Shown here: piece by piece, positions 13,396 through 27,480 of the stretch
Layout of the letters: each line of letters starts with the position of its first letter
How positions within the stretch are numbered: the first letter of the stretch is position 1
Source of the DNA: Eledone cirrhosa
Taxonomy: Eukaryota
Assembly: GCA_964016885.1 (NCBI GenBank)
Contig: OZ024755.1
Location: 22,692,001 to 22,756,000 of the forward strand
DNA: 64,000 bases
Direction of reading: 5' to 3'
Translations under genes and position numbers: made by a program
The notes under the pieces: model-generated
What the model was told of the DNA's origin: nothing
The model's database searches: none
What the model saw: only the letters and a program-made list of their open reading frames with translations

Positions 13396-13537
13396 CCAAG
13401 GTCATATAATGTACAGTATGGAATGCAAAATGTACGTAAGAAGGTCCAGATGTCATTGTAGGTCCAGTAAAGAAGTGGGTTTACCCTCATGAAAGTTGGC
13501 CAGCCAGAGTCAGTCTCAATAAAGGGTTTCAGGTTAT
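13396..13537 (-). CDS. FLAD1: FAD synthase exon (TD.GWP.FMR.NP motif)
   Basis: ttccag|AT AAC...CTT GG|gtaag; [46 protein letters not shown]. Confidence 0.98.
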
Positions 13538-13734
13538 CTGGAATAGTTCAAAGAGATGATGAAAGTTCAGAGAGATGATGAAAGTTTACTAGAGAGAGAC
13601 AAAGAGGACAACATTTTAGTGATTGTTAAAAAGTGTTTGAAAGGCAAAGAGTTGAGCATTATTAGAAAAACACAAATACATTTTCAAGAAGGCCAGTCTT
13701 TGAAATCAAATCTTAAAACATTTATTCCTCTTAT

Positions 13735-14025
13735 ACACAGTTTCACTCTCAACTTGTCTATGCTTGGTCGTTCATGCACATTGACATTGCACATCATCGG
13801 AGCATGCTTGTTTCATTTCTCTCCAGCCGTTACATAATCTCAGCAGTTGCTGCCCATGTCTCACTCCCATGCAGCATCAAACATCATATAACCAACCTTT
13901 CATTCGTAGGGAGAAACCTTTCATTGTCAACAGAGGAAGCAACTCCCTAAATTTCTTCCATCCTGTCATTCTAGATACTATGGTCTCGGAGCATCCTCCT
14001 CCCTTGCTAATCTCATCACCTAGGC
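13735..14025 (-). mobile_element. RTE RT C-terminal fragment
   Basis: GWKKFRELLPLLTMKGFSLRMKG..Y, homologous to 42.1-42.3 kb. Confidence 0.85.
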
Positions 14026-14411
14026 ATCGTCGTCATAATTTAATGTCTATTTTCTACACTAGCATGGGTTGTCACATTATGTGACAAGTTAAGTCTAGAG
14101 ACCAAGTCAGGCTCAGATGGATCTGTATTTTTACATAGTTTCTACAACTGTATGTCCTTCTTCACACTAATCATTGTTACAGTGTGTGATAGATTATACT
14201 GGAAAAGAACAATGAATGATAAGGGTTGAAGAGGTGGCAGAACTAGACTGAGATTCTATCTGGAAGAGACAGAAGAAATATTTCTTAAAGATGTGGTTAA
14301 GAGAAGAGTTGCCTTAGTAGTCAACAGAGCCCAAATGGGCAAAAAAAAAAGAAAAGAAAAAAAAAAAAGAAAAACAGGAAAATGTTAACAAAAGATCAGA
14401 AAATAAATCAC

Positions 14412-14533
14412 CTGAGTAAGGATCTGTAATTCTCGTTCCCATCAGTACAGCTTTCACCTCTGGATTCTTTACTTTCAATTCTGATAAAGATTCCTTAATT
14501 TTACCATTCAATGAAATCATTTTCAGGTTGTAA
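14412..14533 (-). CDS. FLAD1: FAD synthase exon (MGTRxTDP motif)
   Basis: ctccag|T TAC...TCA G|gtgat; YNLKMISLNGKIKESLSELKVKNPEVKAVLMGTRITDPYS. Confidence 0.97.
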
Positions 14534-15234
14534 CTGGAGCAGATAAAGAGAAAGGTTTAACTCTTAACACTGTGATAATCTAGCAGAAAATATCTAAAAA
14601 TGGGTTCAAATGTTATATATAGATAATTGTGAAATTTTTCAGTATTTATATACACACACACATACATGCAGGCAGACATACATAACTGCATCTCGATTTC
14701 AAGAATTGTCACCAGCAGACTAGTTTAAGTAAAGTAACGCTAGCATAAAGTACACTCCCTTTAATAGTTTTAACAAATGTATCACAGCATAGTTTATTCA
14801 GTTTGCTACAATAATTTCTTTTAGTCGTTCATCATTATCAACGTGGTTTAACGTCTGCATTGCCTGCTAGCAAGAGTTGGACGGGTCAACGTAAACCACG
14901 TCAGTACTGAAGCAGGTCTAAAGACCTAGCCTCGGGGTCTATATCCCGCTTACGTACAGTTGTACATTCTATCGAGTGCACAGTAGAAGTTGTGTCTTTT
15001 TACACAAAAATGATGGGTTCTTCCAACCCTTTGTTTGGCAAGCTTTCTACGACTGAATGCCCTTCCTCACACCAACTACTTTACAGCATGTGCTGTGTAT
15101 TTTTATCGCCTTGTATTTACAAAATATATATTTGTGCCATAAAATACACAACAGTATGGAATGTAGAAAGCTCTAGCTGAAGTTTAGAGTCTGCAGCTCT
15201 CTCTTCCCTTTCCCTTACACTTGCTATTTATTCT

Positions 15235-15385
15235 TGTTCTCCGCTTCCAACCTTGTTGCTTTGGCTGCAAACCTAGGTACTGCTGCCTGCAGTGCAAAGG
15301 AGAGGAAAATTACCAAATACTGGAGTTTGACAGATCACTTCCTTTTCATGCTGGTTGCTGTCAAGACATTGGGTGTCCTAGGTCC
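15235..15385 (+). mobile_element. remnant of a non-LTR restriction-like endonuclease C-terminus (CRE/R2-type)
   Basis: GTAACSAKERKITKYWSLTDHFLFMLVAVKTLGVLGP resembles the GxAAxxAExxKxxKYxxL...FxPxAxETxG motif. Confidence 0.55.
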
Positions 15386-16384
15386 TTTGCAAAATTGGAA
15401 AAAGGGCAACCTGGCTAAAGAAGGAACCCTACGAGGTGGAATAGCTGTTGCAAAAGGTATCACTGGCCATTTTGTCTACAGGACGAAACAGAGATACTGC
15501 CCGGACTGGGGTGTAAAGACTATCACTCTCTCCCTCTTCCTTTCCTTAATTGTTTAATTTCTTCTTTCATTTTATTTGTTTAATTTCTTCTTTCATTTTA
15601 TTTCTTTTCTTTTGCTTCTATTCTTTATTTCCTTATTGCTTTATATGAATTTTTCTGTAAATAAAAATTATTCACAATTATATATTTCTGTAGGGCAGAG
15701 GATTAGCAGAATCAGTACAGCGATGGACAAAATGCTTTGCAGTATTTAGTTATGACTTTCTACAAGCCGATTTCAAATCCTGTTTCATCCTTCTGGGGTC
15801 AATAAAATAAAGAACCAGTTAAGTACTGGGATCGATATAACTGACATTCCCCTTCCCACAAATTGCAAGTATGTGCCAATGCTAGAAAGAACTATTACAT
15901 ACTTCTGTTTGCTATAAATTAACTTTCAAATATCTTCAGATAAGCATCTAAATCGCTTTTGTTTATTGTCCAAGTCAATTCTATCCAATGCCTTCTTCCT
16001 CCTGTTAGACGAACTCTTCCTTGGTTGACATTCATCACTTTCTGTTTGGTTTTGGTCATGTCAGGGGTGTAGCAGCCATACTCATCACGCTTGGCCAACT
16101 GTGGGTTGGTGAGGCTATTTAACCCATAATCGGGGTGGATAGCCATGGACTGAAGAGTTCATTCGCCCTTTTAACTTCTCTTGTTTTTTTGTGCTGCTGG
16201 GATTCCACTTCCCGTTCTCACCAGACTAGGGTCTGGTAGAGGAGCCGGTTTAATCACCAACCATTCGACCATGAAGCAGATTGTACAGGATTACATGGTA
16301 CCAGCAGCTGTAACTACCAAAAAATCAATCCATAGAATTACAATTAGCAAAATATGTAATCTAATACCTCAACAAATAGCTTAC

Positions 16385-16483
16385 CTGCTTTTACTGGTTT
16401 GGATAAAACTCTCTACTTCAGGAAATGACATCTTGCTTCTGATAAAGAGGGCCTGTAGTTGATCATGTCCATTTGGGTATTTC
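16385..16483 (-). CDS. FLAD1: FAD synthase exon
   Basis: gatag|G AAA...AGC AG|gtaag; KYPNGHDQLQALFIRSKMSFPEVESFIQTSKS. Confidence 0.94.
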
Positions 16484-17896
16484 CTATCATTAGGATTTTT
16501 AAAAAAATTAGGTGATATCTTTTTTTTTTATTCTTTCCATTTTAGCATCTATATATACTATTATAATTTTCTCAGTAAAGGTTTTACCTCACATATTATC
16601 GAATTTATAAGATTTTGATATTTATTTTGAGAACAATACCTTAATGTCTCGATGAGTGGCCAGTTACAGCAGGTTTGAATAGAAAGAGGGGAGAGAATTC
16701 TGGCTGGATATAGCTGCCGGTTTAAATGTTAAAGGGTTAATGTCCATTTTCCCATCCTAACATGGGTTAAACAAGTTATCCCATCGTGAGACAAGCCAGA
16801 TCAAATGACTGTCTTGCTCATACAGAACTGATTTTGGCTTGGCTTCTATGGCTGGATGCCCTTCCTAACGCCAACCACATTTACAGAGTAGATTGGGTGC
16901 TTTTTATTGTGACACCTACACAACATTAATTTTGAAAATCATGTTTTTTCTTCATTGTTAAACATTCTTTGAAAAAGTTTAATAACTACTACATTTTCGT
17001 ATTTGTTTTGCAAGATTCTTGATGTGAAATTATATGTTGAAAGAAATATTGTTACAGTTTGAGAGGATAATGCTTCCAATAAAAGCACAAACATGATGAT
17101 GATGATGAAGACACCAGTTGAGTTTCACATCTAACAAATTTTCAATCATTAAAAGTTACAAATTATTATCAGAATTTTGTTATATATTAATTCTATATTA
17201 AAGAAATAATAATTGTTTCTACTTTTGGTACAAGGCCAGAAATTATCCCAGTGTATTACTGGTACTTTATTTTATCGACCTCGTAAGGATGAAAGGCAAA
17301 GTTAACCTCGGAGGGATTTTACATTAGAGAGGACACATTAGTCAAACATCAAGATTGACAGACCAGTGGCTTTATCATTTTTCATGTTAGGGAGGAGATC
17401 CAGCCATAAAAACCATGCCAAATATGTAATGTATGAGCAAGATGAGGTCACTCGAATATGTCTGGTCTTGGACTGCGATAACCTAACACATGCCAGTGTG
17501 GAAAGTGAACGTAAAATGAGGATGGTTAGATTTAAAAAATTTAATTTAATACCCCAAGGTCTAAATCTGGCCCTGTATGGTATGGTATGGTATGGTTCCG
17601 TAACTCCTGATGGAGTTGTGGGGGTTCTGTAGTGGCGTACACCATTTCTTGGACATTTTAAACCTGCAGGAACCCATCCCTCTCCAGGTCTGAACACAGC
17701 AGATTTCTTCCAGAGAAGGAAAGAGGTTGAGAGAATGGAAGTGAGAAAGATATATACAGAGGACAAATCGACTCCAGTAGTAAACTGATACTTTTTTATT
17801 GACCTTGAAAGGATGAAAGGCAAAGTTGAACTCAAAGAGGAGAAAGCAGGAATGAATACTGCAAAGTCAGTTTGACACTTTGCTAAAGATACTTAC

Positions 17897-17977
17897 TTTT
17901 GAACAACTGCGTGAAATATATGTAACAGTGCAGTGCAGTCCTTCCCTCCATTGAAACCCACAGCAATTTCAGATAAC
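17897..17977 (-). CDS. FLAD1: FAD synthase exon (PP-loop FNGGKDC)
   Basis: ggcag|G TTA...CAA AA|gtaag; [26 protein letters not shown]. Confidence 0.98.
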
Positions 17978-18965
17978 CTGCCAATGAAAGAGTTTAAAGT
18001 AACATGTCTTTAGGTAATTATTTGAACAATACCAAAAAGGTTTGAAGGAACTCTTCAGTAGTGTCAAGGGTTTTCTAGTGTTGGTAGCACAATAAAATTC
18101 ACCCAAAACACTTTGTAAAGTGCTTGGTGATAGGAAGGGCATCCAGCTGTAGAGAACTTTTCAAATAAAGAGATGTGTCAAAGACATGACAACCACCTTA
18201 GTGAAGCTAAAATAAATTGCACTTGATGCACTCTGTGGAGTGTGGAAATTTATGTAAGTGATTTATTTTTTTAAATCCCACATTATAACAAGTCTTTGTG
18301 GAAAGGGGACAGTAAAAGAGTGTGTGTGTGTGTGTAAGAGAGAGAGAGGGAGAGAAAGAGATAGAAAGAAAAAAGGAAATAACTTTTATGAAAAATATTG
18401 TTTATCCTTAAATCAAACAATATTTTTGGTAAACAATATTTTGGTATATTTGCTCAAGGAAATAAATGACATTTATAAAGTTAACAGTTTTGGGTTTTAT
18501 TTAATGGCAGCGAAAATGACTCTTCGATGCAGTAATTATTTTAGTTTCAACATGCGATCTCAGATCAAGTCGAGTGGATGAGTGGGGTATCATTGAGAGA
18601 GAGGAGGGAGAGAATGAAGTGCAGAGGATAATAGGAATAGAACCAGAGATGAATGTTGCGAAGAAAAATGGACTGAAATGGTTGGCTGTTATGTTGAGGA
18701 AAGATGAAAGTGACTGAATGAGAGAAGTGATGGAAATGAATGTGAAAGGAAATAGAGGAAGGAGAAGACCAAGATGAGAAAGGAGGGAAAAAAAGCAAAG
18801 GGGGCTAGTAAAGTGAGATGCAACTGATAGGGAAAAGGGAAAAAGCTTGTGATGGGGCCCTAATAAGGAAAATGCCCTTAAAATACTTGTAGGTGTACAA
18901 GTACAACTCAGAGATCGTAAATAGTTTTAAAAGAATATATTTATGAAACAGTTCAAATGACTCAC

Positions 18966-19110
18966 TTGTATCGGTCAAGACATGATTCTATAGTGGAAAC
19001 AGAATCTCTGATCTTTTCATGAAAATCTGTGACATCATTTGAGTCCACAATGGCATAGAGATTATTCATAGCGTTAGGTATAGGGTCCTTTTCATAAAGC
19101 ACAATGCTAT
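18966..19110 (-). CDS. FLAD1: FAD synthase exon (entry into the FAD synthase domain)
   Basis: tttatag|AT AGC...TAC AA|gtgag; (D)SIVLYEKDPIPNAMNNLYAIVDSNDVTDFHEKIRDSVSTIESCLDRY. Confidence 0.92.
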
Positions 19111-19695
19111 CTATAAAGATAAAAAGAAAAGTTTTAAAAAAACATACATAAAAAGAAAATAGGTATCATCATCATCACTGTTTAACATCTATTTTCCACA
19201 CTAGCTAAACAGGTTGTCCTGTTGTGAGACATGTCAAATCAGATGACCACGTCTTACACAGAACTGCTTCTGATGTGGCTTCTGCAGCTGGATGCCCTTC
19301 CTCAAACCAACCACATTTACAGTGTGGACACACACACATATATATATATTGTTATACTTTGGGAGGGTCATGTTGCCAATAAGAAACACACGCACCAGTT
19401 GCTTTCACTCCAATTTATTATAAATTAAATTATAAATTTCCGGTTGGTTGATCTGCTTTTCCCTGCTTGCAAGGGTGGGATGGGTCCTATTCAGCACAGC
19501 ATCTCTCCACTTGTCACAGTATATATATTAAAAACAAAACATTAAGGTCTTTATTGATTATACACAGTTATGACTATTATAATCAATAGAGAAACTTAAT
19601 GTTTTGTTTTGTTTTTAATATATACACTCTACCACAGCATAGAGTGCTGATTTTGGTATCTTCCTCAGTAAACCACAAATCTACTGAACTACTTA

Positions 19696-20288
19696 TCTAT
19701 ATATATAAAACTGAGGATGTCTGTCTGTGTGTGTGTGTGAGTTTGAATCCCTGAAACTAGAGAAGCACCCAACCGACTGTTTTCAAACTGTACACATGTA
19801 ATACTTATGTTTCAGGGAGTGTTCTGAGCAAAAAAAATTTCAAATTTTCAATGCCCTAGGGACCACATTAAGCGATTTAGCGATCTCTCTCTATAATTCG
19901 TAGTCTTTCTCTTTTTAGATAGATACATACATATAACGTTGCACCCTTATAATATCTGTCTGTATTTCTAGCTGTCTACATTACGTCACTTTCTACAATT
20001 CGCTCTGCGTCCAGAACGCACCCTTATAATATCTGTCTGTATGTCTGGCTGTCTGCTGCCTCCTGTTATTCTGCCACCCTTGCTCAAGACAAATCTCACA
20101 CTCATTCCCCAAACAGTTGGTAAGTGCACACAACTTCTTCCTCACGTTTTAAGCCACAGTGTTGTTTACTTACGTACCACCAGACCCTTACTTCTTTGCC
20201 AGCCATGGTTGTGGCAATACTAAGCTTAGCTAAGGCGGTTATATATTTTACAATACCTTATCCCGTGCAACGCCGGATACCACTGCTA

Positions 20289-20289
<1 letters not shown>
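19696..20289 (+). mobile_element. non-autonomous Helitron
   Basis: A|TC 5' end (tctatatatataaaa); 3' imperfect hairpin cccgtgcaacgccgga, then CTAG|T; no TSD; internal repeat gcacccttataatatctgtctgta. Confidence 0.8.
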
Positions 20290-20344
<55 letters not shown>

Positions 20345-20346
<2 letters not shown>

Positions 20347-20715
20347 CACGCGGCTTGGTGGTTAGAGCATTGGCCTTACAATCAAAAGGTTGTGAGTTCA
20401 ATTCTCAGACCGGGTGATGTGTTGTGTCCTTGAGCAAGACACTTTATTTCACATTGCTCCAGTTTACTCAGCTGTAGAAATGATATGATAGGACTAGTGT
20501 CCCTATCATTCCACTGCAAAATGGTCGTGGAGGTGCCACGGCAAAAAGGCACACAGCCCACACTGTAAAGTGGACGTGTAGGCGCCACGGCAAAAAAGCA
20601 CCCAGCACTCACTGTAAATGAGGTTGGTGTTAGGAAGGGCATCCAGCTGTAGAAATCAAGCCAGAATCAGTTCCCGTCCCACCCTTGCAAGCAGGGAAAA
20701 AGCGGATGTAAAATG
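20345..20715 (+). mobile_element. tRNA-derived SINE with Meta/V-type central domain and RTE-like tail
   Basis: A box ggtggttagagc, B box gagttcaattc, gtgtccttgagcaagacacttt; partial relatives at ~29040-29170 (-) and ~55935-56025 (+). Confidence 0.8.
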
Positions 20716-20764
20716 AAATGAAAAATAATATATATATATATATATAATATCATCATCAACATAA

Positions 20765-21150
20765 CCACTTTATATCTGCTCTTTGATGCTTGCATGAGTA
20801 ACACAGGGTTTTTCCAGCACAACATCTTTCCACTCATTGCAGTTCTTTGTCATCTCCTCTATGAGTTTCTGTGATTTGAGATCAGCTCTCATAACCTCTG
20901 CCCAGGTCTTCCTTGGTCTCTCTCTACTGTAGATTCTTTCCACTGGGATTTCCTGGCTCTTCTTCACCTAATTATTGTTATCCATATGCATTACATGTCC
21001 ATACCAACAGTCTTCTCTCCTGCACACTACATCAGATTCTTCTTATATTCAACTCTTCTCTCAGCCCATCCATGCTTCATCGTTCATGCTTTATTAACAT
21101 TGCACACCTATCAAAACGCTTGCTTCATTTCTCTCCAGCTTTTGCATATC
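20765..21150 (-). mobile_element. RTE 3' fragment
   Basis: RERPRKTWAEVMRADL C-terminal motif. Confidence 0.8.
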
Positions 21151-23343
21151 CTCTGCGTGCACTGTGATGTGCAACATGACAGTGGTGTTTAGGTCATCCT
21201 TTGGTAGTAGCTTTCTGTATCTGAGAGGAAATATGAACACGCAATCACTTGATATTGGTCTGGGGGTTCTTGCACATTGCGAGATCAGTCACCCCACTAC
21301 TATGATTAGTGTTAGTCCTATATACACAATTAGCATGAATCTTATATGTTGTGTTTCCAATAATTTTTGGCAGGGTTATTCTAGTTGGATGCCCATCTTA
21401 CGACCAACTACTTTACAGCATGGACTGAGTGTATTCTTTGTGCCTTTAGAGAAGTTTTCTGTCAGGACTTAAGAGTCCTCTCTACCATGTATCAGTTTTT
21501 ATTCAGAGTACCTGCATTCTTAGATGGGCTGCTTTTCACCATGACTTACAGAGCCCTAAACTTTGGAAAATGCCCCTCATCACCCAGGTGGTCACCATCT
21601 TATCAAAAATGATGGTAAAATAATAATGCATTCATAATCAAGGTATAATTGTAGCCTGCATTCCAGTGAAAGAATGTTGCAGATGTATAAAGTAGACACT
21701 AAACAACCAAAACACCACCACATATTCCCATTTCCCTGGCAGATGTACCAGACCTGCCACCATGAATGTCAGCATGATGAAAGGTAGGCCAGGAGAGACT
21801 GTAGTGATACTAGAAACTAGAATGGAGGGGAGTAGATGTGTGCTCTGTTCAAAAGGTAAGATGGGGGAGAAACTCACATGCAAGCAACATAGGAACAAAT
21901 TCTTCTGTACAAGTAACAGCACTAGAATTGATGGAGGATGCATATTGTTAGCAAAGAAATGGCGATAGTCAGAATATGACAGAATAATTTAGCTTAGACA
22001 GCAATGGTGGCTGTTGCTTATGCAACAAAAATCAAGCCTAATAATGAACAAAAGGACTGTTTCTAAGGGGTCCTCTTGCAGACAACTTTATTAACATCAA
22101 CAGAGACTTCATTACATGCATATGAATTGTACAAAAATGTAAGAAAGGGCATAGTTAGATGCACTTTAAAAAATGTATGGCATAATCTTGAGCCATCCCA
22201 TATGTTTATAAACAGTCCTAATGAAGAGAATAGTGAACAATTTGAAAGTTTCTGTGTATCTAAGGAGAACAGAATAATTTTAAATTTAATTCTTTATGCA
22301 AATGGTGTCTGGTTGCAGTCATATGGTGATGGAAACAGCCAAAGCCTGACAAAAAGAAAACCTACAAGAGTAGATTAACAAAAATTTTAGGAATTTAGTA
22401 ACAAAACTAACTTTTTGACAGTATTGGTAAAGCATCAGACACCATGCTTTGTGGCATAGAGTTACGACCCTTTGCGTTCCAATTTCAAATCTCATCAAGA
22501 TTAGCTTTGCTTTTCATCCTTACAGGGTCAATAAAATAAAGTACCAGTAACGTACTGGGGTAGATTTAATCAAGTTTTCCCTCCCCCAAAATTGTTGATC
22601 TTGTGCCTAAATCAGAAACCAATATTAAGCTGGTGTTTGGAACATAACTTAACAGAGGTTTTAACATAAAATTATGGTCCCAAGCTTACATGATTAGTAA
22701 AGTTCAGCATGTACCAGTAATATGCTCAAAGCAATTCAATCAACTACATGATGCACCAGAGAAGTCAGGAAAATTAAACCATCTGCATATTGACCCTGAT
22801 GTTGCATGAACCCATCTTTGATTCCTGAGGTTGACGCCTTATCCATTTGGTTTCAGGGCCACACACACAAAACAGCAATTGGCTTTTTGACTGTCCAAAA
22901 ACTATCGATGATATCAAAAGAGAATATAGCAAATCATCATCATCGTTGTCATTTTAACATCTGCTTTCCCTGCTAGCGAGGGTTGAACGGGTCTACATAG
23001 ACCAAGTCAGTACTCAAATAGGGCTACTGACTTCCCAGATGGGCCAGGAGGTACACAACTCGCTTATGTATGGTTTCACATTCCACCTCAGAAGGGATTG
23101 TCATATCTCTGATGCAACTGCAAGTCCTCCCAACCCTTTGTTTGGCAAGCTTTCTACGACTGGATGCCCTTCCTTTCACGAACCACTTTACAGCATATAC
23201 TGAGTGCGTTTATCATGTAGATCACCAACATTTGGGAAGCTCATGTCCTTGACATGACTGAGGAGTCCTCTATTTAAAAAAAAAAGAAATGAAGACAGCA
23301 AAATAATTTAGACAAAAGAAAAAAAACTGATACTACAATTTAA

Positions 23344-23564
23344 CCCTTTAGCATTTAAACCAGCCATATATGGCCAGAATTCTCTCACTTCTTTCTGTTC
23401 AAACTGGCTGTAACCAGCCACTCATATTTATGTTAAGGTATTATTCTCAAAATAAATAATATCAAAATCTCATAGATTCAATATTATATGAGATAATTAT
23501 GTGAGGTAAAGCCTTTACTATGAAAATATAATAGTAAATATAGAGTAATGTAAATGCTAAAGGG
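23344..23564. mobile_element. piggyBac-type MITE
   Basis: TTAA|ccctttagcatt ... aatgctaaaggg|TTAA. Confidence 0.85.
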
Positions 23565-24213
23565 TTAAAGTGAACATTTTTCATCAAAAAGGTAATCTCA
23601 AATTGTAGTAGTAGGAGAAAAGAATGTTTCATTTCTTTTCAGAATTAATGACAATTACCTTCTACTAGTGGTGACAATGAACTGAATCCACATAAGAACT
23701 AGGTTATGGCATGATAAAATCTTTGAATATTTATATATGTTGAATTTTATATAGGCTGAAATATATAAAGTACATTCAAAGTAACACAGCTGTGTATCAG
23801 TACAATGCTTTACCTGAATCCTTATTGGTGTGCGTGTGTGTGTTTAAAACAACAAAAGACTGGATTGGAAATATCTTGTGGCAAAAAACACTATAAATAT
23901 TTCAATGGCCTGGTACATCATCCGATCATGACATAAGACCTTGGCAACGTCTTCAGGTGCAGATTGCATAATCAGTGAATCAAAAGAAATTACAGCAAAC
24001 ACAAACAGAGAATAGAGAATATATTTAATTCAGAGATGGCTAACAAATTAGGTGTTATTGTTGCAGCAGACCATCTCTAAATAACACACATGTCAATGCT
24101 AAGCATTGTGGGTTTGGTAGACACAGCCAAGGAAGCAGGTAATGTTATTGAAGGTTCTATACCTTCATTGTTTATATATTATTTGGGGGTTTTTTAGAAA
24201 ATGTATTGCTTAC

Positions 24214-24302
24214 CCATAGGAAGATTTTCAGTCAAGTGTTGGATGGCATTTTTCAGTTCAACTTCATTTTCAGCCTGTAGTGTCAGTTTCACTTTATAGT
24301 AG
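24214..24302 (-). CDS. FLAD1: FAD synthase exon
   Basis: actcag|C TAC...ATG G|gtaag; (S)YYKVKLTLQAENEVELKNAIQHLTENLPM, like human YYQVKLTLD. Confidence 0.95.
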
Positions 24303-24609
24303 CTGAGTTGAAAAGAATAAATTCCTATATATGTAGTAAAATACTAGAATAGTAAAATTCAATATACAATTAGTTATTATAATATATTAAACATAGATCA
24401 TAACAAGTGATGTACTGAATCCAGTAAGGAAAATACTCTTTATTAATTGAAATTTACCTTGCAGCTATAGAAAGAAAATGAGAACTTAATAGCAATTCTC
24501 AAAAAGAAGGGCAGATTATTTCAAGAAACTAAGAATTAATCTCAAAATTAATTTATATGGTTGAGGTAAAGTCTGGTAATTGTTTCCAAGCAAGAGATAA
24601 CTACAGACA

Positions 24610-25075
24610 TGCTTCTCTACACTTCTTTATACAAATATCATCTTCCATGTGAATCACATGTTCATACCAACACAGTCTTCTCTCTTGCAAATTGCATCCA
24701 ATACTTTTATGCCAAGTTTTTCTCTCAACTCACTTATACTACATGGTTCATGCATGCTGACCTTGCATATCCAACAGAACATACTCACTTTATTTCTCTT
24801 TAGCCTTTGAAGGTCTTCTGCAGTCAAGGCCAATGTCTCATTGCCATGAAGCATTGCAGGTGGCATGCAGGCATCATACAATCTACCCTTCACTATAGAG
24901 AGAAGCCTTTTGTTGTTGGCAAAGGTAACAGCTCCCTGAATTTCTTCAACCTCATTCTCACTCTGGTGGTTACAGTACATCCACCTTCACTAGTAATGAT
25001 ATCCCCTAGATAGCAAAAGCTATCTACCATTTACAGTGAACCTTCTAAACATCTGAGAGAATTTATCTCGGATAT
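24610..25075 (-). mobile_element. RTE RT C-terminal fragment
   Basis: VKGRLYDACM..AMLHGNET.ALTAEDLQRL.RN. Confidence 0.85.
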
Positions 25076-25369
25076 CATACTTAAATCTGCTCTCCAAACA
25101 AGAAAGTCAACTCCGATTGATCTTTTAAGTCTCTCATATAATGATAATCCCCTGATAATGGATTTTTAAACCCGAAAATATTTGAGATTATCAAATTTAC
25201 TAAGGTAAGATTCTTTTGTTATCTTAGCAATCTTGATTTCTTTTTCTAATGCATTGTATGGTTTTCAAAACTATTTAAATTTGTGTTTCCTATTCAACAA
25301 TGCTTCGAGAAAACTACAACACACACACACACACACACACATATATTTGTTTTGCGAGGTTTTTGATAT

Positions 25370-25795
25370 GCCAACCTTTTTATGGTATGGTGGGAAAGGA
25401 GACTCAAAGATCTTGATGAGAGCTCCATAGACCTCATCATGTACTCTTGTTACATAGACGATATTAATATAGTAATAAGGACACCCCCACAAGAGAGTAC
25501 TAACAAATTTGATTTAGAATGAAGCACAATGGAAAGCATCCAGCAGATAGCTAACTACATACACCAGAGTATAACTGTAACTATCGACTACCCTTCCAAA
25601 CACCCTAACAATAGACTACCTGTATTAGACACGGAACTCTGGATTAACACTATAGATGAGAGGGCCCAACATAGAAATTAAAATAATACCTAAACATAGA
25701 AATGACCCAGCAGGTAGGCAAATCAGAGAGGCAAGCAAAATAGAGCTTAGAAAGCCAAAGCTAAACAGAAAAAATGAATGGAATAACAACACTTA
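25370..25795 (+). mobile_element. Penelope-like element remnant: RT core joined by deletion to a GIY-YIG C-terminus
   Basis: ANLFMVWWE...YSCYIDDINI...IANYIHQSITVTIDYPSKHPNNRLPVLDTELW (one stop), then GRQIREASKIELRKPKLNRKNEW. Confidence 0.8.
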
Positions 25796-26026
25796 AACAA
25801 ACAATACTGACTTAAGAGAAATATAAATAAATAAATAAAATTATACACAAGCACAATAACAACAAACACAAACACACACTAGTAAACTAAGATAGAATAC
25901 AATAACCAAAACACAGTCACCCAAACACTATACACACACAAACGCAGAGAAGACAAAAATAAATAAATAAATGAACAGATAAAATAAAAATGGCGTAGAC
26001 ATACAATACAACAGGAGGAAACATAA

Positions 26027-26078
26027 TAGTACCACTGATGATGTTGCAGATGTGCAACGAAAGAACTTTGTTAGACTA
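26027..26078 (+). ncRNA. minimal type I hammerhead ribozyme motif downstream of the Penelope remnant
   Basis: tagtacca CTGATGA t gttgca(gatg)tgcaac GAAA gaac TT tgttagacta; stem I is imperfect. Confidence 0.75.
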
Positions 26079-27438
26079 TATATATATGTATGTATATCTG
26101 TATTTTTGACCATTGGTCAGTCAATGATAAACATTGAGGACCAAACAAATTAGCTATGGAGATATAAAAGATACAGAAGCGAAAACCAACCAAACAGTGA
26201 GTGTGTTCTGTTATTTCTGTCAACATTATTACAATATGACCCTCCCCAAGTATAACAATATATATATATATGTCGACAATCGATCATACATTTATATGTA
26301 TTCATATATATATATATTGTAAAGAGTCACTGCCCGTTGCTGGAACTGGCTGTTCAAATAGAAAGAGCTCAGCTGCCAGGGTCTCAACCCTTCATAATAG
26401 AACCATACTCTACTACCCCAAGTATCAAGTACTCTGGTGAGTTATGGTCTAACCAGTTTCAAACTGAATCCATCCTGATTTATATATATATATAAGTGTG
26501 TGTGTGTGTGTGTGTGTGTATAAGTGTGTGTATAAGTGTGTGTGTGTGTGTGTATCATCATCATAGTTTTAACTGGGTTTCCCTGCTAACAAGGGTTGGA
26601 TGGGTCTATATAGTCAGTACTGAAGTGGTGGCTACTGATTTCCTAGACAATCCAGGGATCTGTCGTCTCACTTATGTATGGTCTCGTGTTCTACCGAGTG
26701 CACAGGGAACGTTATGTTCTTGATACAACTGAGGGTCCTCCCAACCTTTTGATAATAAAAAAAAATGACAAACAGAGAGATACAAAGCTAATTAATGTTA
26801 TTAGGTTCACGCTTATATATATCTTATAATTTATATATTATATAAATACACACATATATTATATCAAAAGATTTGAAAACAAAACAATATTCTTATTATT
26901 TAAAAGCTATTTAAAAGCAAATGTTCACCTGTCATATCTGCAGCTATCACTCACTGTTTCTGTATCACTTTCCAAAAGAACAAACAGTGTCCACTTACAT
27001 AAGAGAGATAAGAGAAGAGGAACTATCCACTGAGACAGTGAGTATAAGAACTATAACACTGAAAGACTGCAGGGATTACTGGAAAGTCCAACTAGAGGAT
27101 ATCTGTTGTCTCACTTCAGTTTGAAATATTTATTTATTATACATGTGACTATGACATCAGCAAAAATGGTTTCATGATAACCCTAACAATAACAAAAACA
27201 AATATAGTAACAACATCAACTACAACAAGGCCAGAAACAAATAAGTGATAAGAGAATTCCATTGCTAAGAGGAGAGTGCCTATGTCACTGTGTGATTACA
27301 TATGCACACACACGCACATACAGAGAGCGAGTGAGAGAGACATTATATATGTGTGTGTGAGTGTGTACAAATCTATGTATGTATGTACACATATATATAT
27401 GTAAATGTATTTATGTATGAATATATGTAAATAAATAA

Positions 27439-27480
<42 letters not shown>

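Noticed and set aside
20345-20420. tRNA gene
   Set aside because: A and B boxes are present, but there is no full cloverleaf and the sequence continues into a SINE body.
24458-24464. Possible 7-nt microexon (tctatag|ctgcaag|gtaaat) on the minus strand
   Set aside because: It would shift the frame, and the flanking exons already join into the conserved sequence.
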